In this document: one piece after another, positions 1 through 9,210 of the stretch | Layout of the letters: each line of letters begins with the position of its first letter | Numbering within the stretch: the stretch's first letter is position 1 | Assembly: GCA_963785725.1 (NCBI GenBank) | Contig: CAWAWS010000025.1 | Location: 1-64,000, forward strand | Direction: 5' to 3' | Origin: an uncultured delta proteobacterium | Lineage (GTDB): Bacteria; Myxococcota_A; Polyangia; Palsa-1104 | Length of the DNA: 64,000 nt | Made by a program: the position numbers and the translations under genes | The notes under the pieces: generated by a model | What the model was told of the DNA's origin: nothing | The model's input: the letters and a program-made list of their open reading frames with translations, nothing else | Database searches by the model: none

Positions 1-1486
1 AATGCCGTTCGGATAAGGTGGAGCGTCGGCGAGGTCATGGTGCCGGTTTGGGACGCTTGCGGTTGTAGCTGGACATCTTGATCTTCACTTCCCGAGGCAG
101 CACGCGGCCTGTGCGACGCTCGGGCAGCACCAAAAGCCTGAGCCGACGGGCCAACTCGTCGAGCTGTTTGGGGATGGCGCCCGGCGGCGAGTTCGAGCAC
201 CAGATCCACTCATCTCGAATGAGATCGAGCGCGTTGATGAAGCTGATGCGAGTGGGCGCCACTCCAACCTCGTCGGCCACGCGCTCGATCTCCAAGCGGA
301 TCAGGTTGTACGCCAGCGCGATCCCCCAGAGCTCTTGTCTGATTCCCGCTGGCGTTCGACTCCGAATGCACTCTTCTCGCGCCAGCAAGTGCGTCTTGAC
401 CTCGTCGTAGGCGAGCTCGATTTCCCAGCGCTCATGGTAGAGCTCGATGACCTCGTCCGCTGGATATTGCTCGGCATCTACCAGCGACGTCAGCAGCGTC
501 GATGGACGGAAGCCGCGGCGTTGATAGCGGACCGCACGCAGGCAGACTGTCGCGGGCAGCTCGGGCGTCTCCTTTCGCGCTTCTCGCGATAGTGGGATTT
601 CGACTAGATGATCGCCTTTGCCGAGCTTCTTTACGATCTTCACCGGAGTCCGCGACTTGAGGCGCGTCAGGAAGTGCTTCTCTTTGCCGCTGGCGCGAAG
701 TTGAACCAGCGACGGCAACGGTGCACCTCGGTCGACCAGCGTCAACGAATGTTCGGGCACTTCGCGCCACAGCTCATTGGCGAGCGTCACTTCGCCGGTC
801 GCGTAGCTCGCGAAACGAAAGGCCGAGAGGATATGCGAACGCGCGGCCATCAGCCCGACGATACGAACCATCGGATAACCGCTCATCCCGTGTTGAGCAC
901 CCGCGGATTGTCCGCCGAATTCTGCGCGGTTATCGACGGAGTCAGGCACACGTAAAGTCGTGCCGTCGTATACGTAAACGCTCAGCTCGCGCCATCGATG
1001 GCGCTCGGCGCTGCGCGCCGACCATTCGGCAGCGGTGGAATGGAACAAATAGGCGAGAGGCTCCTCGCCGAGTCGCTGGCGAGCCTCGGCGATCGCGCTT
1101 TTAGCCACCAGCCTTCCCGTCGCGCTGGGCAGACACAGGTCCAGGCTCGCGACGACGCGTTCGATGGCGCGATTGCGAAACAGCGCCATGCCCAGGACAA
1201 TCCACAGCACCTGCACGGCCGGCAGCCGTCGCTTGCGCAGCGTTGCGACGCCGGTTGCGGCCAGTGCCTCTTCAAGCTGCACCGGGTTGAGGTGGCGGGT
1301 GAAATTCTCGAACGAATCCGGCGTCGCTCGGACTGCCGTATACTGTAGGGCGCCTTCGAGTAGCATGCGATTGCACCAGGGATGATCGCTGAATCCTGAT
1401 CTCCTCAGCGCCGCGCGCTACTTTCTGCGGAGCGCTATGCAAAAACCCCGCAGCGACGATCACTTGCAGCTATCCGATCGGCATTG
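1..1486 (-). mobile_element. IS4-family insertion sequence (IS4 subgroup), about 1.49 kb; the window begins one base inside its terminus
   Basis: Terminal inverted repeats: 1-17 AATGCCGTTCGGATAAG and 1469-1486 GCTATCCGATCGGCATTG (revcomp CAATGCCGATCGGATAGC). Both resemble the E. coli IS4 end TAATGCCGATCAGTTAAG and flank a single transposase ORF. The target duplication cannot be checked because one flank is outside the window. Confidence 0.93.
35..1366 (-). CDS. IS4-family DDE transposase
   Basis: 443 aa; N-terminal RKRRLPA segment, YDGT (D1), VDRG (D2) and YHERWEIELAYDEVK (YREK motif with the catalytic E). Confidence 0.95.
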   Translation of the reverse strand: MLLEGALQYTAVRATPDSFENFTRHLNPVQLEEALAATGVATLRKRRLPAVQVLWIVLGMALFRNRAIERVVASLDLCLPSATGRLVAKSAIAEARQRLGEEPLAYLFHSTAAEWSARSAERHRWRELSVYVYDGTTLRVPDSVDNRAEFGGQSAGAQHGMSGYPMVRIVGLMAARSHILSAFRFASYATGEVTLANELWREVPEHSLTLVDRGAPLPSLVQLRASGKEKHFLTRLKSRTPVKIVKKLGKGDHLVEIPLSREARKETPELPATVCLRAVRYQRRGFRPSTLLTSLVDAEQYPADEVIELYHERWEIELAYDEVKTHLLAREECIRSRTPAGIRQELWGIALAYNLIRLEIERVADEVGVAPTRISFINALDLIRDEWIWCSNSPPGAIPKQLDELARRLRLLVLPERRTGRVLPREVKIKMSSYNRKRPKPAP

Positions 1487-1610
1487 CCGCTAACGGGAGC
1501 CGCGGCGCCAGCGCCGCCGGCGAGCCGGCGCGCGATGACCGACGGCGCGGCGCGCGATCCGGCCTACGCCGCGGCGAGCCGTGCCCAGCGCGAGCGCGTC
1601 GCGCGCAGCG

Positions 1611-2381
1611 TCAAGGCCGCGTCCCCAGCGCTTCTTCGAGCTGGCGCGCGATCCGAATGAGGCGCGGGCGCACCTCTTTCAACAGGAACTTCGGCGACAG
1701 CGTCGACGCCAAGCCGCCGCAGTTGAGCGCCATCGGCGGCAAGCCCTCGCCGTGGCGAAAGTGGACGGCGATGCCGTTGATGTCGGGCTGCCACTCGCCG
1801 AACGACGTGCAGCAGCCGAGCTCGGCGTCGTCGGCGATCGCCTTGTTGACCGACGCCCGCAGCTTCGGCCAGCGCTTGGGATCGTGGTCGCGCACCTCGG
1901 CCAGCACCTGGTCGCGCGCCGCCGGTGAAAGCGCCGTCAGATAGGCGCGCCCGATCGCCGAGGTCGCCACCGGGATGCGCGAGCCGACGTCGAGCGCCAG
2001 CGTCAGCGCCTCCGGGCTGCGGCAGTGCTCGACGTAGATCATGTGCAGCTGCGCGTAAGTGCCCATCGAGGTCGTGGCGCGCGAGAAATCGGCCAGCGCC
2101 TGCATCGCCGGCCGCGCCAGCGCGCGCACGTTGAGCCGCGCCAGCATCGCGCTGCCGAGGCTGAGCGTGGCCGTGCCGAGCGCGTAGCGACCGTCGGGCT
2201 CGAGCTGGATGAGATAGCCGAGCTGCGTCAGCGTGTGCGTCAACCGCGACACCGTCGACTTGGCCAGCTTACAGCGCTTGGCGATCTCCTGATTCGACAG
2301 CAGCCGATCGCTCGAACGAAAGCAGGCCAGCACGCTCAACCCGCGCGCCAAAGCCGTGACGAAGTGGCGATCCTCTTTCAT
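1611..2381 (-). CDS. IclR-family transcriptional regulator
   Basis: HTH FVTALARGLSVL...LAKSTVSRLTHTL and effector domain VGSRIPVATSAIGRAYL...GEW..DINGIA. Start placed at ATG 2381 (MKEDRHF), not the longer ORF-track start. Confidence 0.93.
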   Translation of the reverse strand: MKEDRHFVTALARGLSVLACFRSSDRLLSNQEIAKRCKLAKSTVSRLTHTLTQLGYLIQLEPDGRYALGTATLSLGSAMLARLNVRALARPAMQALADFSRATTSMGTYAQLHMIYVEHCRSPEALTLALDVGSRIPVATSAIGRAYLTALSPAARDQVLAEVRDHDPKRWPKLRASVNKAIADDAELGCCTSFGEWQPDINGIAVHFRHGEGLPPMALNCGGLASTLSPKFLLKEVRPRLIRIARQLEEALGTRP

Positions 2382-2607
2382 GTTCTCTCGCGTCCGGCGC
2401 CAGCTTCGGGAAATAGTAGGCCGATTCGGCGTCGCCTCGACGGTGCGCGATACTTTCATGGCGCACTCAGGGATACCGTAAGCAAGGGTGATACCTCGCT
2501 GCAACACGTATTTAGGCGAGGTCTCAGAAATCCGTGACGGATCTTTGTCGTGCCCGATCGACGTGGCGAGGCGCACAGACGGCCGCGGCTCGTGTTAGCG
2601 TGCGTTC

Positions 2608-4644
2608 GTGACGCTGGCACTACTGACGTTGGTCCTGCAAGCGTGCATTCCCGGCAACCTGACCGAGCACAAGCCGGTCATGCCGGTGCGCACGAGCGGC
2701 TATCCCGGCGTGGTCGTCGACGGGATGTTGGCGCAGGAGAGCACCATTTGGAACGCACCGCAGTCGGTCGTGCTCGGCGGTCCCGCCAGCTCGCTCATCG
2801 TCGATCTCGGCGGCGAGTACGAGCTGCGCGCGCTCGTCGTCCAGGCCGACAACGACGATCGTTATTTCGTCGAGACCTCGGATGACGCGCAGACCTGGCG
2901 GCCGATTTGGGTCGCCGAGCCGCAGCCCAATCCGGGACTGCGCACGCGCTGGGGTCCGTTGCCGCGGCCCGAAGCCGCGCGCTTCGTGCGCGTCCGCGGC
3001 GAAGGCGGCGACGGCAACTACGCCGTGTCCGAGCTGCGCGCCTATTGCGAGATCCCGCCGCAATGGCCGCCGAAGCTCATCGCGCCGCCGCGCTTCGACT
3101 GGAAGAACTTCGAGTTCAAGATCGCCGTCGAGCGCTTCGCCGTCGCCATCTTCGGCTGCCTCGTCTTCGCGCTCGGTCTCTTCTATCGCGGTCGCCTCTA
3201 CGACGTATTGATGATCGCCGTGGGCCTCTTGTCGATTGGTGCCTTTTACAGTTGGGGCGACTTTCACGATGGCCGCTTCGTCCATCTTTGGGAGCACTAT
3301 CACTATTACATCGGCAGCAAATACTTCAGCGAGCTCGGCTATACGCGTCTTTATGACTGCAGTGCCATCGCCGAAGCGGAAGACGGCCTGCGCGCGCGCG
3401 TGCTCCATCGTAAGCAGCGCAATCTAGAGACCAACGACCTGGAAGAGACGGCGCCGATATTGGCGCAGCCGCAGCTGTGCAAAGATCATTTCACGCCCGA
3501 GCGTTGGCAGCAGTTCAAGGCCGACGTCCGCTATTTCCGCGGCGAGCTCAATCCCACCAATTGGGAATCGATACAGAGCGACCACGGCTTCAATGGCACG
3601 CCGTTCTGGTCGGTCGGCGCCGGCCTCTTCGCGCGCTGGCTGCCGGCGACGCGCGCCAACATTCGCGAGCTCGCTTACTTGGACGTCGCGCTCATCGCCG
3701 GCATGTGGATCTGCGTCGCCTGGGCCTTCGGCTGGCGCACGATGGTCGTCGCCATGTTGCTGTGGGGAACCAATCATCCCGCGCGTTACTATTGGAACGG
3801 CGGCGCCTTCTTGCGCATGGATTGGCTGTTTACGCTGATCGCGGCGCTCGCGTTCATGAAGAAGAATCGCCCCACCGCCGCCGGCGTCCTCTTGGGCATC
3901 TCGGCGCTGTTGCGAATTTTCCCCGGCTTCGTCATCGGCGCGTTGATTCTGCGTTGGCTGTGGCGCGGCATTCGCGAGAAGGACTGGCAGCCGCCGGCCG
4001 CCTCCAAGCGCACCGTCCTCGCCTTCGCGTTGACGCTCTGCGCAGGCGTCGCCATCTCCTCGGCCACATTCGGCCCCAAATCGTGGGTCGGCTTCGTCCA
4101 CAACAGTCAAAAGCATCTGTCGACGCCGCTGACGAACAACATGGGCCTCAAGTCCATCGTGGGCTGGTCGTGGGGAACGCGCGCGACGCTCATGCGCGAC
4201 AATCGCCTCGTCGATCCGTTCCACACCTGGAAGGTCGAGCGGCGCAACCTGTACCGCGCGCGAATGCCGCTCTTCTTGGCGCTCTTGGCCGCTTTCATGG
4301 TGCTCTTTGCTTATGTCGTGCAGGCCGCCGACGAGGCGACGACGCTCATCTTGGGTATCGCGCTCATCGTCTGCTGCGCCGAGCTGACCTCTTATTACTA
4401 TTCGTTCATGCTGGCCTTTGCCTTCTTATGGCCGCGCTACAAACCGGTGGCGCTCCTCTTGGCGATGGCCTCGGCGTCGACGACGATCATGATGTGGCAG
4501 ATCGGCGGCGAGGACGACTTGTGCATCCTCATCAGCCTCGTCTACCTCGTCTTCATATTGTTGACGATGTGGCTCGTTCGCCGTAAGCCGGAGCCGATCT
4601 GGAAAGGCACGTTCGGCGCCTCGGTTCGCGCGCTATTTCCTTAG
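2608..4644 (+). CDS. Polytopic membrane protein: N-terminal discoidin/F5-8-like domain plus GT-C-like (GT87/DUF2029-like) glycosyltransferase region
   Basis: LIVDLGG...QADNDDRYFVETSDD...ARFVRV...YAVSEL beta-sandwich pattern; conserved-looking loop HYHYYIGSKYFSELGY..LYDC; roughly 10 or more hydrophobic segments, including the LLRIFPG motif. Confidence 0.65.
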   Translation: MTLALLTLVLQACIPGNLTEHKPVMPVRTSGYPGVVVDGMLAQESTIWNAPQSVVLGGPASSLIVDLGGEYELRALVVQADNDDRYFVETSDDAQTWRPIWVAEPQPNPGLRTRWGPLPRPEAARFVRVRGEGGDGNYAVSELRAYCEIPPQWPPKLIAPPRFDWKNFEFKIAVERFAVAIFGCLVFALGLFYRGRLYDVLMIAVGLLSIGAFYSWGDFHDGRFVHLWEHYHYYIGSKYFSELGYTRLYDCSAIAEAEDGLRARVLHRKQRNLETNDLEETAPILAQPQLCKDHFTPERWQQFKADVRYFRGELNPTNWESIQSDHGFNGTPFWSVGAGLFARWLPATRANIRELAYLDVALIAGMWICVAWAFGWRTMVVAMLLWGTNHPARYYWNGGAFLRMDWLFTLIAALAFMKKNRPTAAGVLLGISALLRIFPGFVIGALILRWLWRGIREKDWQPPAASKRTVLAFALTLCAGVAISSATFGPKSWVGFVHNSQKHLSTPLTNNMGLKSIVGWSWGTRATLMRDNRLVDPFHTWKVERRNLYRARMPLFLALLAAFMVLFAYVVQAADEATTLILGIALIVCCAELTSYYYSFMLAFAFLWPRYKPVALLLAMASASTTIMMWQIGGEDDLCILISLVYLVFILLTMWLVRRKPEPIWKGTFGASVRALFP

Positions 4645-4699
4645 AGCTTAGCGGTCCTTTTAATCGACAAGGCCGCCGCCATCGAGTAGTTACGAGGGT

Positions 4700-4794
4700 G
4701 GAAGCGCGTCCTGGGCTGGTGCCGGGCTCGGTCTTCAAAACCGGTGGGACGGCGTTCTGCGTCGTTCGGCGAGTTCGATTCTCGTGCGCTTCCG
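4700..4794 (+). tRNA. selC: tRNA-Sec (anticodon UCA)
   Basis: 8-bp acceptor stem GGAAGCGC/GCGCTTCC, discriminator G, D-loop TGGT, anticodon arm TCGGT-CTTCAAA-ACCGG (TCA at 4735-4737), long variable arm GGACGGCG/CGTCGTTC, T-arm GCGAG-TTCGATT-CTCGT. This is the 8/5 fold of bacterial tRNA-Sec. CCA is not encoded. Confidence 0.95.
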
Positions 4795-4901
4795 CTCAAT
4801 CCCTCTCGTCGCGACTTCCTCTAAAGGCAAATGCGATTGACGCGGCTCGGCTTAGGAATGTTGCATTAGGTCACTAAGCATCGTTAATATTGGTGGCACC
4901 A

Positions 4902-5462
4902 ATGCCGCGCTCAACTGCAAACAAGAGTCTCGAGTCCCATATCGGCAGCATCATCGGTTCGGCCGCGTCGGCGATTGCCACGGCCGTTCGGCAGGAGATG
5001 TCAGCCGAGATCCAGCGCCTGCTCTCCAGCCGTGCCGGCTCGGGACGCGCCGTCACCGTCAAAGTCCCCAGCGTCAAAGTGGCGGTCGCCAAAGCGACGG
5101 CGAAGGCCGCCAAGGGGACGAAGGCCGTCAAAGTGACGAAGACGGGCAAGCCGCGCGGCGGCGCCGGTCAGAAGCGCAATGTCCCCAAAAACTGCATTTA
5201 TCCCAACTGCACGAACCCGTCGAAGGGTCCGCGTTGGTCGTTCATGTGCGACAAGCATAAGGACGCGCCCAAAGCCGAGCGCGCCAAGCTGCTGACGCAG
5301 TGGAAGTCGCAGCAAGGCGGCGCCGCGGCCGCCACGCCCGCGCCCAAGAAGGCGACGGCCAAGCCCGGCCCCAAGAAGACCAAAGGCAAGACCAAGAAGA
5401 CGAAGACGACCGCCAAGACGACCCCAAAGACGAGCCCCAAGGCGAAGAAGAAGGCGGCGTAG
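4902..5462 (+). CDS. Lys/Ala-rich histone-like (putative nucleoid-associated) protein with a central Cys/His motif
   Basis: Very basic, with AKATAKAAK / PKKATAKPGPKK / KTTPKTSPKAKKKAA tracts and a C-x4-C-x12-C-x2-H motif (CIYPNC...MCDKH). Start placed at ATG 4902. Confidence 0.75.
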   Translation: MPRSTANKSLESHIGSIIGSAASAIATAVRQEMSAEIQRLLSSRAGSGRAVTVKVPSVKVAVAKATAKAAKGTKAVKVTKTGKPRGGAGQKRNVPKNCIYPNCTNPSKGPRWSFMCDKHKDAPKAERAKLLTQWKSQQGGAAAATPAPKKATAKPGPKKTKGKTKKTKTTAKTTPKTSPKAKKKAA

Positions 5463-5466
5463 CTCC

Positions 5467-5492
5467 GCGCCTCCGGTAATCGCCGGAGGCGC
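5467..5492. terminator. GC-rich hairpin just after the histone-like gene
   Basis: 10-bp perfect stem GCGCCTCCGG-TAATCG-CCGGAGGCGC directly after the TAG; no U-tract. Confidence 0.5.
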
Positions 5493-5545
5493 CATAAACG
5501 GGGCGCGCGACGCGTCCCCGGCCGTGGTAAATTGGCCCACCGCCG

Positions 5546-7663
5546 ATGAAGATCGCCTTCACGCACAACCTCAAGCTCACCGAAGCCGAGGAAGAGGCCG
5601 AGTTCGACACCGTCGAGACGGTCGACTCCATCGCCACCGCGCTGGCCGCCGGCGGGCACGAGGTGGAGAAGATCGAAGTCTCCGGCCCGGCCTCGCACTT
5701 GGCGGCGCGCATCGAAGCGTTCGCGCCCGATCTCATCTTCAACACCGCCGAGGGCAAGCGCGGTCGCGCGCGCGAGGCCTTCTATCCGGCGCTGTTCGAG
5801 GAGCTCAACTATCCGTACACCGGCTCCGACGCCTATGTGCTGACGGTGACGCTCGACAAGTGGCTGACCAAGTGCGTCCTGCGCGACGTCGGCGTCGACA
5901 CGCCGCGGGCGCGGCTCGTGACCTTGCGCGATCTTGCGCATCTCGAGCGCATCGAAGGCTCGCTCGGCGTGCCGGTGCCGGCGATCGTCAAGCCCAACTA
6001 CGAAGGCTCGTCCAAGGGCATCGGCGACGACTCGGTGGCGCGCGATTGGCGCTCGTTGCGCACGCTCGTCGAGAAGGCGGTCAAGCAGTATCCGAGCGGC
6101 GTGCTGGTCGAGGAGTTCATCGCCGGCGCCGACGTCACCGTGCCCTTCGTCGAAGGCTTGGGCGACGAAGGCGTGATGTCGCCGGTCGAGTACGTCATCG
6201 ATCCGACGGCGCGCTCGAAGTTCAACATCTACGACTATCGGCTGAAGAATACCGATCCGCATAAGGTGCAAGTGCGCTGCCCGGCGGAGCTGCCGCGCGA
6301 CGTGCTGGCGCGCCTCAAGGCGATCTCGAAGACGGTGGTGCGCGCGCTCGGCATGCGCGACGTCGGCCGCATCGACTTCCGCCTCGCCGACGACGGCCGC
6401 ATCTATTTCCTCGAAGTGAACGCGCTGCCGTCGCTGGAGCCGGGCGCGTCCATCTTCGCCGCCGCGCGCCGCGAAGGCCTCGGCTACGAGCAGACCATCG
6501 CGCAGGTCGTCAAGTCCGCCGGCGTGCGCTGGGGCTTGTCGAAGGCCGAGGCGCCGCGCAAGAAGTCGGAGCGCACGCGCATCGGCTTCGCCTTCAACAT
6601 GAAGCGCGTCGACTCCAAAGCCGGCAACGACACCGAGGCCGAATACGATCCGCCGGAGACGATCGACGCCATTCGCTCGGCCATCGAGTCGCTCGGCTAC
6701 GAGGTCATTCCGCTGGAAGCGACGAGCGAGCTGCCGCAGCGGCTCGCCGACGCCAAGGTCGACATCGTCTTCAACATCGCCGAAGGCTTGTCGGGCCGTA
6801 ATCGCGAGGCGCAAGTGCCGGCCTTGTGCGAGCTCGTCGGCATTCCCTACACCGGCTCGGATTCGGCGACGCTGGCGCTGGCGCTCGACAAGGCGCTGGC
6901 CAAGCGCATCTTGCGGCAGCACGGCATCTTGACGCCGGAGTTTCAGGTCTTCGCGAGCGGCCGCGAGAAGCTCAATCCGGCGCTGGTGCACAAATTTCCG
7001 CTCATCGTCAAACCCAACGCCGAAGGCTCGTCCAAGGGCATCACCGGCTCCGGCGTCGTCGACGACGAAGCGGCGCTGCGGGCGGCGGTGCTGTCGATGA
7101 TCGAGAAATATCGGCAGCCGGCGCTCGTCGAGGAGTACATCTCGGGCCGCGAATTCACGGTCGGTCTGCTCGGCGACAAGCGGCCGCGCATCCTGCCGCC
7201 GATGGAGATCTGCTTCAAAGACAAGGGCAAGCAGCGACCCGTCTATGACTTCGAGATCAAGCAGGAGTGGGAGAAGCACGTCTATTACGAGTGCCCGGCC
7301 AAGCTGTCGCCGGCGGAGCTGCGCTCGGTCGAGCGCGCGGCGCGCGAGACGTTCACGGCGCTCGACTGCCGCGACGTCGCGCGCATCGACATCCGCATGA
7401 ACAAGGAGGGCCAGGTCTACGTGCTCGAGGTCAATCCGCTGCCCGGCTTGACGCCCGACTATTCGGACTTGGTGCTGATCTCGAAGGCGGCGGGCATCGA
7501 CTACCGCACGCTCATCGCCGAGATCATGGCCGGCGGGTTGAAGCGCTTGCGCGAGAAGCGACGCGAGCCGCGCAGCGACGCCCGCGGTGACAACCACAAG
7601 GCCGAGCGCACCGATAAAATCGAGAAGATCGATCCGCCCAAGGTGCCGGAGGCGTCCACCTGA
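5546..7663 (+). CDS. Tandem two-module D-Ala-D-Ala-ligase-like ATP-grasp enzyme
   Basis: Two complete repeats, each with FN.AEG..GR.REA, PYTGSD, KP..EGSSKGI, EE(F/Y)I.G, RIDxR and EVN.LP motifs. Confidence 0.9.
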   Translation: MKIAFTHNLKLTEAEEEAEFDTVETVDSIATALAAGGHEVEKIEVSGPASHLAARIEAFAPDLIFNTAEGKRGRAREAFYPALFEELNYPYTGSDAYVLTVTLDKWLTKCVLRDVGVDTPRARLVTLRDLAHLERIEGSLGVPVPAIVKPNYEGSSKGIGDDSVARDWRSLRTLVEKAVKQYPSGVLVEEFIAGADVTVPFVEGLGDEGVMSPVEYVIDPTARSKFNIYDYRLKNTDPHKVQVRCPAELPRDVLARLKAISKTVVRALGMRDVGRIDFRLADDGRIYFLEVNALPSLEPGASIFAAARREGLGYEQTIAQVVKSAGVRWGLSKAEAPRKKSERTRIGFAFNMKRVDSKAGNDTEAEYDPPETIDAIRSAIESLGYEVIPLEATSELPQRLADAKVDIVFNIAEGLSGRNREAQVPALCELVGIPYTGSDSATLALALDKALAKRILRQHGILTPEFQVFASGREKLNPALVHKFPLIVKPNAEGSSKGITGSGVVDDEAALRAAVLSMIEKYRQPALVEEYISGREFTVGLLGDKRPRILPPMEICFKDKGKQRPVYDFEIKQEWEKHVYYECPAKLSPAELRSVERAARETFTALDCRDVARIDIRMNKEGQVYVLEVNPLPGLTPDYSDLVLISKAAGIDYRTLIAEIMAGGLKRLREKRREPRSDARGDNHKAERTDKIEKIDPPKVPEAST

Positions 7664-8776
7664 TTCGCAAGCGGCTGCGCGATCTCGGCATCGGGATCGG
7701 TCGCTTTCCCACGGGTCCGCTCAACGCCATCACCGACGTCGGCGGCGTGCGCGTCGGCCACACGACCATCATCAGCGGCGAAGGCAAGCTCGATCGCGGC
7801 AAAGGCCCGGTGCGCACCGGCGTCACCTGCGTCATGCCGCACGTCGACGTCTATCGCAACCGGCTCATCGGCGGCACCTTCGTGCTCAACGGCGCCGGCG
7901 AGGTCGCGGGCCTGACGCAGATCGCCGAATGGGGGCTCATCGAGACGCCCATTTTGCTGACCAATACGCTGTCGGTGGGCAAAGTCGCCGACGCCGCCGT
8001 CAAGTGGATGTCGAAGAAGCATCCGGCGATGGGCAACGACGAGGACGTCGTCATCCCCGTCGTCGGCGAGTGTGACGACTCGTTCCTGAACGACGCCGTC
8101 GGCCGCCACATTCGCACCGAGCACGTCTATCGCGCCATCGAGACGGCGACCAGCGGGCCGGTCGCCGAAGGCTCGGTCGGCGCCGGCACCGGCATGATCA
8201 CGTGCGACTTCAAGGCCGGCATCGGCACGTCGTCGCGCACCATCGCCGCCGACATCGGCGTCTACACGCTGGGCGCGCTGGTGCTGACGAACTTCGGGCT
8301 CATGCCCAACCTGCGCATCGACGGCGTTCCCGTCGGTCAGCTGCTCGTGCCCGAGTACGACAGCCTCAATAAGCGCATCAGCAACTACGGCTCCATCATC
8401 GTCATCATCGGCACCGACGCGCCGCTTGTTGTCGTCGCAGCTGATGCGCTTGTGCAAGCGGGCGGCGCTCGGCATCGGCCGCTCCGGCAGCTACGCCGCG
8501 CACGGCTCGGGCGAGATCATCCTCGCCTTCTCGACCGCCAACAAAGTGCCGCGCGTGTCCGAAGGCATGACGCACAAGATCGAAATCTTGCTCGATCGCG
8601 CGACCGGTCCGTTGTATGAGGCGGTGATCGAGGCGACCGAGGAGGCGATCGTGAACGCGCTGTGCATGGCGGACGACATGACGGGGCAAGGCGGCAACTT
8701 CGCGCCGGCGCTGCCGCTCGACCGCGTGGTGGACATCATGCGGCGATATCGTCCGACGCCGGCGTCGCGGCCATGA
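7660..8776 (+). CDS. dmpA: DmpA-like (peptidase family P1/S58) aminopeptidase; one +1 frameshift near 8425; probable CTG start
   Basis: RLRDLGIGIGRFPTGPLNAITDVGGVRVGH, LNGAGE, PVVGECDD, EGSVGAGTGM, autoprocessing site NYG/SIIVIIGTDAP. The C-terminal part (HGSGEIILAFST...EATEEAIVNAL) is in the next frame (ORF 8426-8776). Confidence 0.88.
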
Positions 8777-9210
8777 CCGCGCGTCGTCTTTACTGCGCCG
8801 CGCTGTTCGTCGTCGCCGGCTGCGCGCACGCGCCCGAAGCCGACATGAACGTCACGATGAAGCCGAGCATGGCCGAGGCCGAGAGCTTGCGCGTCGTGCC
8901 GCTCGACGCGCCGCCCAAGCTGTTCTTCAAGAACGTGTCGCCGGCGTCGATGGGCGCGGCGCTCAAGGCGCAGCCGGCGCCGAAGCTGCCCGACGGCGTG
9001 CGCCACCGCGCGACGACGAGCGAGCTCAGCGGCACCTACGTCATCGGCGTCGACCTCGACGGTCACGTCTCGCGCATCGACGTGGTCGAGTCGATCCCGG
9101 GCGGCGACAGCGCCATCGTGGCGACGCTGCTGCAGTGGCATTTTCAACCGCAGACCGAGCGCATCCGCTTCCTCGAGCGCTTCGTCTTCAAGACGTCGGG
9201 GAGCCCATGA
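8773..9210 (+). CDS. Lipoprotein with a TonB C-terminal-like domain
   Basis: ATGA overlap with dmpA; lipobox FVVAG-C; GTYVIGVDLDGHVSRIDVVESIPGGD...LLQWHFQPQ matches the TonB_C pattern (V..DG.V....V......D..A..AV.QW.F.P). Confidence 0.65.
   Translation: MTARRLYCAALFVVAGCAHAPEADMNVTMKPSMAEAESLRVVPLDAPPKLFFKNVSPASMGAALKAQPAPKLPDGVRHRATTSELSGTYVIGVDLDGHVSRIDVVESIPGGDSAIVATLLQWHFQPQTERIRFLERFVFKTSGSP

Noticed and set aside
2382..2576. N-terminal extension of IclR given by the ORF track
   Set aside because: No IclR similarity and lower GC; more likely the divergent promoter region.
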